From positions 1,248,001 to 1,312,000 of the forward strand of contig CAWDSK010000006.1 of assembly GCA_963804995.1 (NCBI GenBank): a DNA stretch of 64,000 nt, written 5' to 3'. The DNA comes from an uncultured Acidobacteriota bacterium. GTDB taxonomy: Bacteria; Acidobacteriota; Terriglobia; UBA7540. This document shows, piece after piece, positions 20,100-32,282 of the stretch (position 1 is its first letter; every line of letters starts with the position of its first letter). Both the position numbers and the translations under genes were made by a program. Below the pieces are notes generated by a model, which searched no databases, was not told the origin of the DNA, and saw nothing but the letters and a program-made list of their open reading frames with translations.

Positions 20100-20127
20100 A
20101 CGAGCACAGGTACCGGCGGGCCGCAAT

Positions 20128-20679
20128 ATGAGAAGCTCCTATCTAGTTGATAGCATTCTCGAGGAGATCACAAAGGTCATCAATACCGGTGCCTCCCGCG
20201 TTCTCGTGTGCGCCCTTTACCGGGTGAGCTGTGAGGGTTGGTTAAAGGTTGAGCTACTGAAGGCGCTCACCGGGACGTTTGTAGGAAAATCGGACGTAGA
20301 GTTATTGCCAGAGATCGACGACATCGACCTGACTGTGAAGGCTGCTGAACAGCAAGTCTATATTGAACTGAAAACCTTTCCGACGAATTATGGCGGCGGG
20401 GGCAAGCCCATCACGAACTTTATCGACGGCGTGATCCACGATCTGTCCAAATTGGAATTGCGCTCCGGCGCGAATAGCGTTGGTCTGGTTGTCTGGCTCG
20501 CCTATCCTATTCCCGAACCCCCACCGCCGCCTTGGTTGAAGCATCTCGAAAGGGTTGAAGCCGCATCTGCAGGCACTTTGCGCATCGAGAGGCTCTTACT
20601 ATACGAGAACAAGTTCGCTCACATGTACATCATGCGAAGCAAACCGCACGACGGGGAGCCACGGTCAGCGCAGTCCTGA
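20128..20679 (+). CDS. Putative PD-(D/E)XK nuclease-fold protein
   Basis: E.WLKVEL helix, IDL strand and VYIELK motif in restriction-endonuclease-like order. Confidence 0.55.
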   Translation: MRSSYLVDSILEEITKVINTGASRVLVCALYRVSCEGWLKVELLKALTGTFVGKSDVELLPEIDDIDLTVKAAEQQVYIELKTFPTNYGGGGKPITNFIDGVIHDLSKLELRSGANSVGLVVWLAYPIPEPPPPPWLKHLERVEAASAGTLRIERLLLYENKFAHMYIMRSKPHDGEPRSAQS

Positions 20680-20813
20680 CCGTGGGCTTTTCTCTCTCCG
20701 AGCCGGATCCATATGAAGCAATTCCAGCAGGCCATGCCATTGCCAACAATGCAAGAATCCACGGTCAGCAACCCACTGACCTTGACTACCCGCTGAAAAG
20801 GGGGAGGACGCTC

Positions 20814-20993
20814 ATGTCCAAGAAAGCCAAAGGAAAACCGTGGTACTCGAAAGATGGAACGGTGCATCACGACAATTCTATGTGCGCCGAGGGAAAGAAG
20901 GTTTCACCTTCACAGCGACTTGAAGGAACCGGCCAAAAACCCCACTGCCCGGAGTGCGGAAAGCTGAATAACTTGCCTAGTTCGTTCCAATGA
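20814..20993 (+). CDS. Small putative zinc-binding protein (59 aa)
   Basis: GGAGG RBS; VHHDNSMC...CPEC. Confidence 0.6.
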   Translation: MSKKAKGKPWYSKDGTVHHDNSMCAEGKKVSPSQRLEGTGQKPHCPECGKLNNLPSSFQ

Positions 20994-21059
20994 CGGAGTG
21001 AGCGACGATGAGTACCGACGTGCTGGTCGTGCTGCAAAGACCAGCGAAGGAGTTGTGGA

Positions 21060-23427
21060 CTAAAACGATGACCGCTTGCCTCCGCAAAGTTCCACCGCCT
21101 TCTTGAACGCCTTTTTGAACTTCGGGGCAAACAATTCGTTCGTAAAAACGGTGTAGTCTGACGTGGGAATCGGCTCGTTGAGCTGCGATGAAGTGTGGAT
21201 TATCTTCTTAGCATAGTTCGTTGTGTGGAATCGTACGGAATATTGTCCAGCTACGGCCTCCTTCGAGGCACCCGTTCCAAGGTTTTCAACCTGAATATCC
21301 TCGGGGTCTATGTCTGTAAGAGAGAAGGATTCACGAATCCAGAAGCCCGGAGATGCTTTAGCACGGGTCTCAGTAATAGTCACAGCGCAACTATCACCGC
21401 CATTGCTCTCAAATGTGATGTTGGTTGTTCCGTTGCCTGACTCCTCTTCGGAAGCTCCCTTGAGCCATTGCAGTGTCTCGCTCAGTTTTGCGGGCACCGG
21501 AGGCTTTTCGTTGGGACCAAGCTCCGCCAGCGGTGCCTCGACCCTGGGCTTTTGTGCAGCGGACGCGATAGCGGCCGGGGGAGACTTCACTTGTTCTTGT
21601 GCAGGACTCAATCCAGACCCTGTCCGAATTAGCTCGTCGTTGGTAATGTCTAAGAAATCTGCTGTTTGCACCGTGTTTATTCCTCTCCAAGGTGAAAACA
21701 CGAGTTGATTCTGCTCTTGCCGCATAAGGTCATCTCCTATGCTCTTTCCTACCCTGTCGACCATATACGTGCAATCATGGTCAGTCATCGGTCGGCCAGG
21801 TTTGTACGGGCCGTCAAAAAAGGTTAAAGACTCACGGCACTTTGCGGTCATGCGGTGACCCTTGTGTTCAATAATGTAAGCGCCGTTTCTGAAGGCGGTG
21901 ACGTAGTAGGCATCGGCAAGTGTCGTTTCATTAGAATTGGTAAAATCAGGGCGCTGGCTGTGGTGCGAAAAATACCAGACCCCGACAACGATAACGATCA
22001 GCGCAGCCCCCGCGATGATGAAAAACTTGACCTTCTTGTGCGGCCTTGAAATCGTCTGGAACTGCAGAGGCTGGGCCGCCTCGGGCGGGCGCCTAAACCA
22101 ACGCACAAGAAAGAGGACCAGATAGATAAATCCCCACGCCAGAGATACGGGGACGAATGCGACAATTGCTGCCTCCATTCGCTCGCTGGGAAGCCTTCCG
22201 TCAAGAATGGCTTGTTTTAGTTGTTCACATTCGTTTTCACCCACCTGCTTTTCAAGGCAAGCCTGCCACATCACAAAGGCAAACCGCATATCGGCGTCGT
22301 TTGTGACCTTGAGAGTATAAATACCTGCACCGAGAATCCAGATGATTGAAGCGATAACGCCTATTTTTTTCCAACGAGACCAAAGCCATTTTCGTCGCGA
22401 GGGGTGAGCTGTTTCGGGGACGGCTTTAGCGGCAACTGTGTCGCCCACCGCGGTGGGAACAATTGTACTGGGCGCGGGCGTGACGGCGGTCTGTGGCTGT
22501 GACTTGGCGGCTTCCCGTTGCGCCTCGGGATGCGCAGCAAGCTGAGTACCGGCTTCGGTTGCCTGCGCGAACTCACGTGCGAATTCCAACACCGAGCCGT
22601 AACGCTGATTACGGTCTTTAGTGAGGGCTTTCATCACCGCGATTTCGAATTGGGGCAGGGCGGCGAAGTTCGATTTGACGGTGCGGAATGACGGCGGGTC
22701 TTCCTGCATGTGCATGCGCAGGTATCCGACCGGAGTATCGGAATGAAACGGCGTGCGGCCGGTGAGCATCTCGTACACCACCACGCCCAGCGAGTAGATG
22801 TCGGAGCGCGCGTCCAGTTCATCGCTCCTCATGCCCGACGCCTGCTCGAATGACATGTACGCGGGCGTGCCGAGCACCATTCCGGTCTGCGTGTGGGCGC
22901 CGGATTCGCGCAGCTTGGCAATGCCGAAATCGACGATTTTCACCTGAACGTTCGCCGGTGGGGATGTGGGCGCTAGAGCCTTCCAACTGTGCCGGCGGGG
23001 ACGCCGGCGCTACGGTCTGCGCGGGTGGGGACACCCGCGCTACAGACTCGTCGTCGGGGTACGTAAGGAAAATGTTATCGGGTTTGAGGTCGCGATGAAT
23101 GATGCCCAGCTTGTGCGCGGCGTTCAGTCCACGCGCCGCTTGCTGGAGAATTTCCGCAACCTCCGGCACGGGAAGCGCGCCACGCCGCGTGAGGGCCTGA
23201 CGGAGAGATTCGCCTTCGAGATACTCCATGGCGATATAGGGCGTGCCGTCATCGGCCTGGCCGGATTCGTGAATGGTGACGACATTCGCGTGATGAATGC
23301 GCCCCGTGGAAGCAGCTTCACTCTGAAAGCGCAGCAGAAATTCAGGGTCATCCAGCAGCTTGCGGCTCAGGACCTTGAGCGCTACGGGACGTTTGCCGAC
23401 TGCGATCTGCTCAGCGAGGAGGACCGC
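21060..23427 (-). pseudogene. Hanks-type Ser/Thr kinase with TM and extracellular modules; 5'-truncated and frameshifted near 22980
   Basis: VALK, HRDLKPDN, DFG, GTPAYMS, SDIYSLG. The Gly-rich loop and start are replaced by repeat DNA. Confidence 0.75.
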
Positions 23428-23433
23428 AAAGTT

Positions 23434-23716
23434 GAACCACCAAGTCACCAAGACACAAAGCAGGAGCTAGACAGGAGAAGTCCTCTAGCTAGGATTGTTA
23501 ACCGAGAGTTGGCTACTCGATGCTCAGCTTTCTTGGTGTCTTGGTGGTGGAAAGAAACCATGATCTGAGGCGCTTTCACCGACGGCAAAATGAACCACCA
23601 AGACACCAAGCCACAAAGAAGGAGTTACAAGGTGGAAGTCGGCAGGCCAGGACTGTTAGCCGGGAGTTGGCTACTCCACCCTCAGCTTTCTTGGTGTCTT
23701 GGTGCCTTGGTGGTGG
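23434..23716. repeat. Two tandem copies of an ACCACCAAG..CTTGGTGGT hairpin element
   Basis: Homologous units at about 23434-23550 and 23592-23716. Confidence 0.75.
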
Positions 23717-24074
23717 GGGCTTGAAAAACTGGTCAGCGGTATTTCAAGGGGTGATTTGTCCGATTTATTTCATATTTGGGCTACCGGTAGCCCAAACGCA
23801 TACATTGCCTATTGACATAGGCCAGTCGATGAAGCGCACAATAGAGGTGAGGAAGCGTAGCGCCATGATGCGTCCAGGCAGCCCTCGAAGAACCACGGAC
23901 CCCAAACACGGGGGTCTGCCATGCCCTACCGTGAAGGCTTGTAAACATTTCTCTGTGTCCTCTGCGTCCCGAAGAGCAGAGGTCACGGAGAAGCTCTGGG
24001 AGGAGCGCAGCGCCGTGCCAAGGCGCGGCTGAAGTTCTTCTGTTTTTCGGAACACAGCGCCCGAGGTTTGTGAA

Positions 24075-24328
24075 GATGTTCATGAAAATAAAGGGGGTTA
24101 GGCGTGAGAAGGGATTTTTTAGCAAAAACCTATCTAGTTGAAATAAAATGAGTTGCATTTACTGCGGGTAAGAAAAATAGCGCAAATAATTTCGATCAGG
24201 ATAGTCTGACGATGTGTATGAAAACAAAGGAAAACAAAAGCGACAATTTGGCAAGTCTAGCGATGTTGATGAAAACACGTAAGTTATGGCTGTTTTGCCA
24301 CGATGTTTATGAAAAGAAAGGTAGTTAG
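24075..24328 (+). repeat. Cluster of about five AT-rich GATGTNNATGAAAA(N)AAAG..GTTA motifs
   Basis: Copies near 24075, 24131 (degenerate), 24211, 24262 and 24302. Confidence 0.65.
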
Positions 24329-24665
24329 TGAAGAAAATGGGAAGAAAAATGGACCAAGCCGTCGCCATTCGCACCAAGCGTCTGCATCCAGCCGGGAACC
24401 ACCAAGCTCGCGGCGCTGCGTCCAAATGGGGAGACGAAAGAACCCCCATCGAGTAGAGGGCTGAAAGAATCGGGTGACGCGATGATCGGGGCGAAGCTGG
24501 AAGGTAGGAAGAGCGTTGGACTGGAGATAAAAAGCGGTGAGGCCCGCTCCCTAACCGACCCGCCGCAGCCCCTACCTCGGCCACCGGTTGTCACCGCGAG
24601 GACAAGCAACCGCGACGGCCCGGCAGACTCGCGGCGAGCGACCAACCCTACCGACCGAATGCCCC

Positions 24666-25260
24666 CCGCCCGTGACGCACTTCCCCAAATCGGTAATCGG
24701 TGGGTTGGCAACTCGGGATGAGGGAAATTGGGTGGCCTGCGGGACAACTCGTGCCGCATTTCGGCTCGTCGGCGATCACAAGATTAGGTCCATATGCATC
24801 GGTGGCTAAGAGACCCCTCACCCGTCGCGCTCCGGCTGGTGAAAACGCCGGCAGCGCGCCACCCTCTCCCCCTCGGAGAGGGCTATGAATTTTCACCTTG
24901 CGCTGATGACCGCTGGCCCGATGGCGCGATCTCCACCCCCCCCCCGCCGTGACGCACTGCCCCGCTTCGGTTATCGGCGGTGCCAGTTAAGAAAATGAAT
25001 CAAATGCTGACTTTGAAAATCGCCAATCACAAGTCGGAAAGCAGAAATGAGCGGATCACCGGATCGCCCGATCAACCGATCTCCCGATTGCCCGCCCCGC
25101 CCGTGACACACCTCCCCGCTTCGGTCATCGGCAGGCTGGCGTCAGAGGATGAGGTCACAAAGACTGGCCGAGGGCGCGACGCAATGAGGATCAAATAGTG
25201 ACACCCAGCCTGACCGACTCCGCCCCCGCCGTGACGCACTCCCCCGCTTCGGTTATCGGC
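24666..25260 (+). repeat. Four ~36 bp direct repeats encoding P[PA]VTHxPxSVIG
   Basis: Copies near 24666, 24943, 25097 and 25225. Confidence 0.75.
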
Positions 25261-25563
25261 AAGTTTATGACGGAACCTGAGCCCAATTCCGCCGATCGGA
25301 GGCGGGCAGCAAATCGCTGGCCTGGCAATTCGACCGCCCGATTGCCGCCACAGGGGCCGTTACCCCGCAAATCAAACTGCTCAAACATCCCACCGCAGGC
25401 AGATTCCAAAATCGCGCCTGGGGGTGTTACACTCGCGACCGGCTGCGACGATCTGCGGGGATTCTAACTTCCACCGTCGCGGTACCGCAGGGCGCAGTAG
25501 CAAATGGTCGGCGTTGTGCGAATGGGAACGCGGCGTGGGCAGCAGGAGAGAGGGAGAGTAGAC

Positions 25564-26730
25564 ATGAGAAAAGATGGTTCAGGATTGTTCGGCCGCCGCG
25601 AGGTGGCCAAGAGTGCATTTCTCGGCGGAGCGTCAATTCTGCTCGGAACGTCGGCGCGGGCAGAAGGAGTTGCGGTGGGCGGTGAGTTCATCAACGTCCG
25701 GCAGTTGGGCGCCACTGGAGATGGGAAGACGGATGACACCAAGGCCTTCCAGCGCGCGCTCGATGCGGCCGGGGAAACGCGTGGCGCGGTGTTTGTGCCC
25801 GCCGGTGTGTATCTTTGCGCGGAACTCCAGATGCATCCCAACACGGCGCTGGTGGGCGTTCCCACCTGGGATTATCGCAGCACGGGCGGAACCGTCATTC
25901 GGCTGTTGAACCCTGACGCGAGTTGCCTGCTCAACATTACCGGTGCTTGGGGCTCCACGGTGGACGGCCTGGCACTCGACGGCAGGAACTTGGGCAAAGG
26001 CATAAATGGGATCTTTCTCAACAAACCGACCTATGGAAAACGCGAAGACGCCTTCCGCATTGAGCGCTGCCAGGTACGAAACTTCTCGGGCGACGGGCTG
26101 AACCTGACGCGCGCCTGGTGCTTCTCCGTCCGGCACTCGATGTTGGCAAGTAACCAGGGAGATGGCTTGAGGCTCAGGGGTTGGGATGGATTTCTCGTCG
26201 ACAACTGGTTTTCCGGAAATCGCGGAGCGGGCTATGGGGCGCGGGAGGAGAACGCTTCGGTTACCTTCACCGATAATCGTATCGAGTGGAATCGCCAGGA
26301 GAATATGGTTATCACCGGCTGCGATGGGTACCAGATCACCGGGAATTTCTTTGATCGCGCCGGAACCTGTGGCCTCGCTCTGCGCAACGGCAAGCAACCG
26401 TGCGCGCAGATCACCATCACAGGGAATTATTTCAAGCGCAGCGGTAAGGAGGCGGATCCCGAAAGCTATGATTCGTCGCAGATCATGATGGAAGGGGCGA
26501 GCGGTGTCACTTGCGTGGGAAATAACATCTGGGCAGGGCGGGATGATGATGGCCGGGGCGACTGGAGCCCATCCTACGGTATCGTTTACAAGGGCCTTGA
26601 GAACTGCGTCATCTCCCAGAACGTTCTGCACGACGGCGCCCTCCGGCAAGTGCTGACGGATTTGGGGGGCCACGGCGAAGGTGTGATCATCAAGGATAAT
26701 CCCGGCCGGCTGTTTAAGGTGCCGCAATAG
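25564..26730 (+). CDS. Tat-exported right-handed beta-helix (pectate lyase-fold) protein
   Basis: GRREV Tat-like signal, NVRQLGATGDGKTDDTKAFQRA, FVPAGVY, repeated I.GN rungs. Confidence 0.85.
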   Translation: MRKDGSGLFGRREVAKSAFLGGASILLGTSARAEGVAVGGEFINVRQLGATGDGKTDDTKAFQRALDAAGETRGAVFVPAGVYLCAELQMHPNTALVGVPTWDYRSTGGTVIRLLNPDASCLLNITGAWGSTVDGLALDGRNLGKGINGIFLNKPTYGKREDAFRIERCQVRNFSGDGLNLTRAWCFSVRHSMLASNQGDGLRLRGWDGFLVDNWFSGNRGAGYGAREENASVTFTDNRIEWNRQENMVITGCDGYQITGNFFDRAGTCGLALRNGKQPCAQITITGNYFKRSGKEADPESYDSSQIMMEGASGVTCVGNNIWAGRDDDGRGDWSPSYGIVYKGLENCVISQNVLHDGALRQVLTDLGGHGEGVIIKDNPGRLFKVPQ

Positions 26731-26860
26731 ACGTGGCGAACCGCCCATGCGGGCCAGATCATGGCGCGCCACAAAGCGTAGCGGCAACTGTCGGTAGGTC
26801 CGCGGCTTTGCTTTGTCAATAGCAAACGAACCGCGGACCTTCAAAACATCGGCTTCAGGC

Positions 26861-27847
26861 CTAGCATTCAGAGGCTCCTGAGTTGCGTTCTGCGGCCAGG
26901 CGGCCAACTTTCATCGAAAGAGAAAAGACTTCGCCGATTTTCACCAGTCCCGCCAACTTGTATTTTCCGAAGGAGGCAAGCCCTGCCGATGCCATGCAAC
27001 CGCACTCCGTGCAAACCGGACGCCCACCAAACTGGCACGGCGTGATGGCAGTAGTGAGGTCCGCCGAAATACAAGTCGTCGCCTGGGCGAACATGCACTC
27101 CTCCGGCGAGGTGGGAGGATCGAGGAAGCCTTTTAAAACGCGGTCGCCTAATTCGATGAGCGGGAAAATCCGACGCAAGCGGGAGAGTTCTTCGAGCGCC
27201 CGGGCGCGATCCTGCGAGGTCAGCCGTTCTTCACTCTGCTCTCCCTCTTGCGGCGTGTACAGGCTGAACCAAATCTTTCTCACTTCCTTTCGCTGCGACC
27301 AGAAGCTCGCGAAATCATGCAGATAGTTTGGCCGCTGTACTATCTGCCGGGTGATCGTACAGTGAACGTTAATTCTGTGGCCGACAATGTGTTTCAGGAT
27401 GCGCTCGTACGTGGCTGGGGCTCGGCGCAAATCATGTTCGGGCTGCAGGCCGTCTATCGAGATGGCAAGATAAAGATTGGACAAGTCAGCGAAGGAAGCA
27501 GGGATGGGCCGCACGGCGCTAGTGACCAGCAACACCTCCACGCCCATGTCCTCGAGCTTGGGAAGCAGGACTTCCAATTCGCGGTAGCGAACCAGGGGTT
27601 CACCTCCCACGATGGAAACGTGCAGCGGCCGGAAGCGGCGGACCACCCCTAGAACTCCCGCCACTAACGCGTCTCCCTGAAGGTCGCGAAGTTGACGGAG
27701 GGGGCCCGCGTTGCCCAAATGGCCTGGCTCGTAAGCGTAACAGCCGGGGCACCGTAGGGGACATTCGCGGGTGATCTCAATCGATAGGAAGGGCTTCTGT
27801 CCACGCAAAATTCGACCCCAGGCTGGGATCAGATCTCTAGTCTTCAT
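26861..27847 (-). CDS. Radical SAM protein
   Basis: CPLRCPGC, VGGEPL, SIDG, C-terminal C..PC..CTECGC. Confidence 0.9.
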   Translation of the reverse strand: MKTRDLIPAWGRILRGQKPFLSIEITRECPLRCPGCYAYEPGHLGNAGPLRQLRDLQGDALVAGVLGVVRRFRPLHVSIVGGEPLVRYRELEVLLPKLEDMGVEVLLVTSAVRPIPASFADLSNLYLAISIDGLQPEHDLRRAPATYERILKHIVGHRINVHCTITRQIVQRPNYLHDFASFWSQRKEVRKIWFSLYTPQEGEQSEERLTSQDRARALEELSRLRRIFPLIELGDRVLKGFLDPPTSPEECMFAQATTCISADLTTAITPCQFGGRPVCTECGCMASAGLASFGKYKLAGLVKIGEVFSLSMKVGRLAAERNSGASEC

Positions 27848-28247
27848 TACTGCTCCCTTTTCGACCCTTTAGGTCCAGTTTCCGGGCTGAAAAGTCCATC
27901 GCTCGATTTCGCTGCGATCAGTCCCACCTGGGCGAAAAGTAGTGGGACCTCGCGCGCTATGCCGCTGGATGCGCAACTTCTGGGACAAATCCAACTGACA
28001 TTTAGTCCGTTAGATTAACATATCCGCAGTGGAGTTGCAGGGTCCGCCGATTTTGTCTCCGCCACTGGGCCGCACCAGAAAAGCGGACAAAATTACCGAC
28101 ACGCTTTAGCCCCGGCAGGCTCATTATTAAAGCTTGCCTGGAGCCCCGCCTAGCTCCCCAAGGTGCCCTGGCTGGCTGATTAGGGAGCTTCAGTCGGTTT
28201 CGCGAATGGCCATAGAGGAAAAGAATTCTCAACCCAGGATGAACCCC

Positions 28248-28301
28248 TTGACAGAGGCCATTTGGCTGGATATTCTATATCCGACAAGATTAGTCGGATA
28301 T
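28248..28301 (+). promoter_or_regulatory. Sigma-70 promoter plus IscR type-1-like operator
   Basis: TTGACA(28248)-17bp-TATTCT(28271); perfect inverted repeat ATATCCGAC-N7-GTCGGATAT at 28277-28301. Confidence 0.8.
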
Positions 28302-28305
28302 CCAT

Positions 28306-28743
28306 ATGCTGAAGCTCTCGAAAAAGGCGGATTACGGATTGATAGCGGTAAGACATTTGGCAGAGCAGCCTCCTGCAACGGCCAGCAGCGCCAAGGAGAT
28401 TGCCCGCACCTACGGGATTCCGACCGAATTGCTCGCCAAGATACTTCAGAAGCTGGTCAAGAACGGCGTTCTGGTCTCCCAGCATGGGATGAACGGGGGT
28501 TACGCCTTGGCCCGGCGGCCAGCGGAAATCTCTGCCTTTGAGGTGATTCGCGCCATAGAAGGCCCATTGTTCATCACCAGTTGTGTGACCGACCGCCGCG
28601 AGTGTGGCCAGATGACGCGCTGCACGGTCCGCGAGCCTCTGCAAAAGGTGAATGAGACGCTGGTCAAAGCGCTGAGCGCCGTATCGATTTCCAGCCTCTC
28701 CGAAGGCGACCAGGATCTGGTGCAAATCGGAGGCGGGCGATGA
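28306..28743 (+). CDS. iscR: Rrf2-family Fe-S regulator (IscR-like)
   Basis: [14 protein letters not shown], three Cys (SC..ECG..RC); heads the Fe-S operon. Confidence 0.85.
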   Translation: MLKLSKKADYGLIAVRHLAEQPPATASSAKEIARTYGIPTELLAKILQKLVKNGVLVSQHGMNGGYALARRPAEISAFEVIRAIEGPLFITSCVTDRRECGQMTRCTVREPLQKVNETLVKALSAVSISSLSEGDQDLVQIGGGR

Positions 28744-29909
28744 ACCTTCCTCTTTATCTCGACAATCACGCCACCACGGCGGTTGACCGGCGCGTAGCGG
28801 CGGCCATGCTGCCCTATTTCACCGAAGCCTTTGGCAACCCGGCGAGCCGGAGCCACAAATTCGGATGGGCGGCGGCGAATGCGGTTGAGACCGCGCGCAA
28901 GCAAGTGGCGCGGCTGATTAACGCCAGCGTAAAGGAAATCGTCTTCACCTCAGGTGCGACAGAGTCCGACAACCTGGCCCTCAAGGGAGTGGCGCACCAT
29001 TACCGCGGGCGCGGCAACCACCTGATCACCCTGCCCACGGAGCACAAGGCGGTGGTCGACTCCGCCAAGCGCCTGGAGCAGGAAGGTTTTCGCGTAACCT
29101 ACGCGCGCCTGCATCCGGACGGTCTGGTGGACCTGGACGATTTGAAGCAAGCCATCACCTCCGACACCCTGCTGGTCAGCATCATGGCGGCGAATAACGA
29201 AATCGGAGTGCTCCAGCCGCTCACGGAAATCGGCCGCATGTGCCGCGAGCATGGCGTGTTGTTTCACACGGACGCCGCGCAGGCTGCCGGCAAGATTCCG
29301 CTCAACGTTGAGGCGATGCAAATCGATCTGCTCTCCATTGCCGGTCACAAGATGTACGGACCGAAAGGGGTCGGAGCTCTCTACGTGCGGCAGTGCGGCA
29401 CTCCGGTAGAGCTTACGCCTCTGTTGGACGGTGGCGGCCACGAGGGTGGTTGGCGCTCCGGAACCCTGAATGTGCCGGGAATCGTGGGCCTGGGCAAAGC
29501 CTGCGAAATCTGCCGCGAGGTGATGCCGGAAGAATCAAGGCGCCTGGCCTCCCTGCGCGACCGGCTGAAGGATGGCTTGCTGGCGGGGCTTGAGGGCATT
29601 CACATCAACGGCAGTCTCGAGCACCGTCTGCCGAACAATTTGAATGTCAGCTTCCCGGGCGTCGAGGTCGCGACGCTGATGATGGAATTGAACGATATCG
29701 CGCTTTCCTCGGGATCGGCCTGCACCTCGGCGACTCCCGAGCCCTCTTATGTGCTGAAGGCTTTGGGCGTGCCCGAGGAGTTGGCCCAAACGCCGCTGCG
29801 CTTCGGCCTCGGCCGGTTCAACACGGAAGAGGAAATCGATTACACCATCCGCCGCGTGGTGGATAGCGTAAAGAGGCTAAGGGAAATGGCGGGAACGACG
29901 GCGGCGTGA
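28740..29909 (+). CDS. iscS: Group I cysteine desulfurase
   Basis: [32 protein letters not shown]. Confidence 0.93.
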   Translation: MNLPLYLDNHATTAVDRRVAAAMLPYFTEAFGNPASRSHKFGWAAANAVETARKQVARLINASVKEIVFTSGATESDNLALKGVAHHYRGRGNHLITLPTEHKAVVDSAKRLEQEGFRVTYARLHPDGLVDLDDLKQAITSDTLLVSIMAANNEIGVLQPLTEIGRMCREHGVLFHTDAAQAAGKIPLNVEAMQIDLLSIAGHKMYGPKGVGALYVRQCGTPVELTPLLDGGGHEGGWRSGTLNVPGIVGLGKACEICREVMPEESRRLASLRDRLKDGLLAGLEGIHINGSLEHRLPNNLNVSFPGVEVATLMMELNDIALSSGSACTSATPEPSYVLKALGVPEELAQTPLRFGLGRFNTEEEIDYTIRRVVDSVKRLREMAGTTAA

Positions 29910-29931
29910 GGCCAAAGAACAAGGCAAAAGG

Positions 29932-30117
29932 CAAAACGCAAAAGTCAAAAGGCAAAAGTAAGAAACAAGGCAAGAGTGAAGGACAAGGCAGGAGTGAGAA
30001 GCAAGTGAAAAGGCAAATACAGACAGCAAGGCAAATGGCAAAGCCGCGGGTTGGATCGCAGGCCCTTATGGGATTTTCACTTTTGCCTTTTGACTTTTGC
30101 GTTTTGCCTTTTGCCTT
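29932..30117. repeat. Heptamer-periodic long inverted repeat (GGCAAAA type)
   Basis: GGCAAAAGGCAAAACGCAAAAGTCAAAAGGCAAAAGT with its exact reverse complement near 30080-30117. Confidence 0.8.
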
Positions 30118-30149
30118 CGCTCTTCCTGCTTTGCCTTGAAGGAGGATAA

Positions 30150-31598
<1,449 letters not shown>

Positions 31599-31786
31599 TT
31601 TTGAATTATGAATTCTGAATTCTGAATTGGGAGTTATCAGTTATCAGTTCTGAGTTATGAGTTTTGAAGAATTGCTTTTTTCACCGCAGAGGCGCTGAGA
31701 CGCAGAGGTTTGAAAACAAACAGTCCCTTCTCTGCGTCTCAGCGCCTCTGCGGTGAAAAAACAGCAATAAAGAAACGGCAACATCC

Positions 31787-32161
31787 ATGTCCAAACTTTC
31801 AGACATCGTCCTGGCTTTGACGCGCATTGTTTTTGCCTTCCTGTTCGCCTGTCACGGCGCTCAGAAGCTGTTTGGCCTCTTTGGGGGGAATCCGGCGCTG
31901 AACAATCCCTGGACCCTCACGGCGGGAATCCTGGAGTTGGCCGGCGGGCTGTTCATCGCCTTGGGACTCTTCACTCGAGCCGTGGCTTTCGTACTGAGTG
32001 GCGAGATGGCCGTGGCCTACTTCAAGGCGCATTTTCCGGCGGGCTTCTGGCCCATCCAGAACCACGGCGAACTGGCCGTGCTGTACTGCCTCTTCTATCT
32101 CTATCTGTCGGTGCGCGGGGCAGGCGCCCTAAGCATTGACGGGATGCGAGGGAAAACATAA
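31787..32161 (+). CDS. DoxX-family membrane protein
   Basis: HGAQKLFG, LGLFTR..A, GEMAVAYF, GAGALSID. Confidence 0.9.
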   Translation: MSKLSDIVLALTRIVFAFLFACHGAQKLFGLFGGNPALNNPWTLTAGILELAGGLFIALGLFTRAVAFVLSGEMAVAYFKAHFPAGFWPIQNHGELAVLYCLFYLYLSVRGAGALSIDGMRGKT

Positions 32162-32282
32162 GCAATTTTGGATTTTGGATTTTCGATTTTGGATTGAGGT
32201 GCGGGAGCCGACGGAAGCGGGATCGAAGGGGATAATCCAAAATCCAAAATCTAAAATCCAAAATGAAAAAACGGAGCAATGA

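Noticed and set aside
24666..25260. CRISPR array from the ~36 bp direct repeats
   Set aside because: Spacers are about 90-240 bp and unequal, the repeats are divergent, and no cas genes are present.
25633..26907. Long antisense ORFs (also 6341..7477, 10747..11748, 30246..31199, 38429..39640, 48481..49548, 51837..53327, 62797..63831)
   Set aside because: Shadows of well-supported genes in GC-rich DNA, with no motifs.
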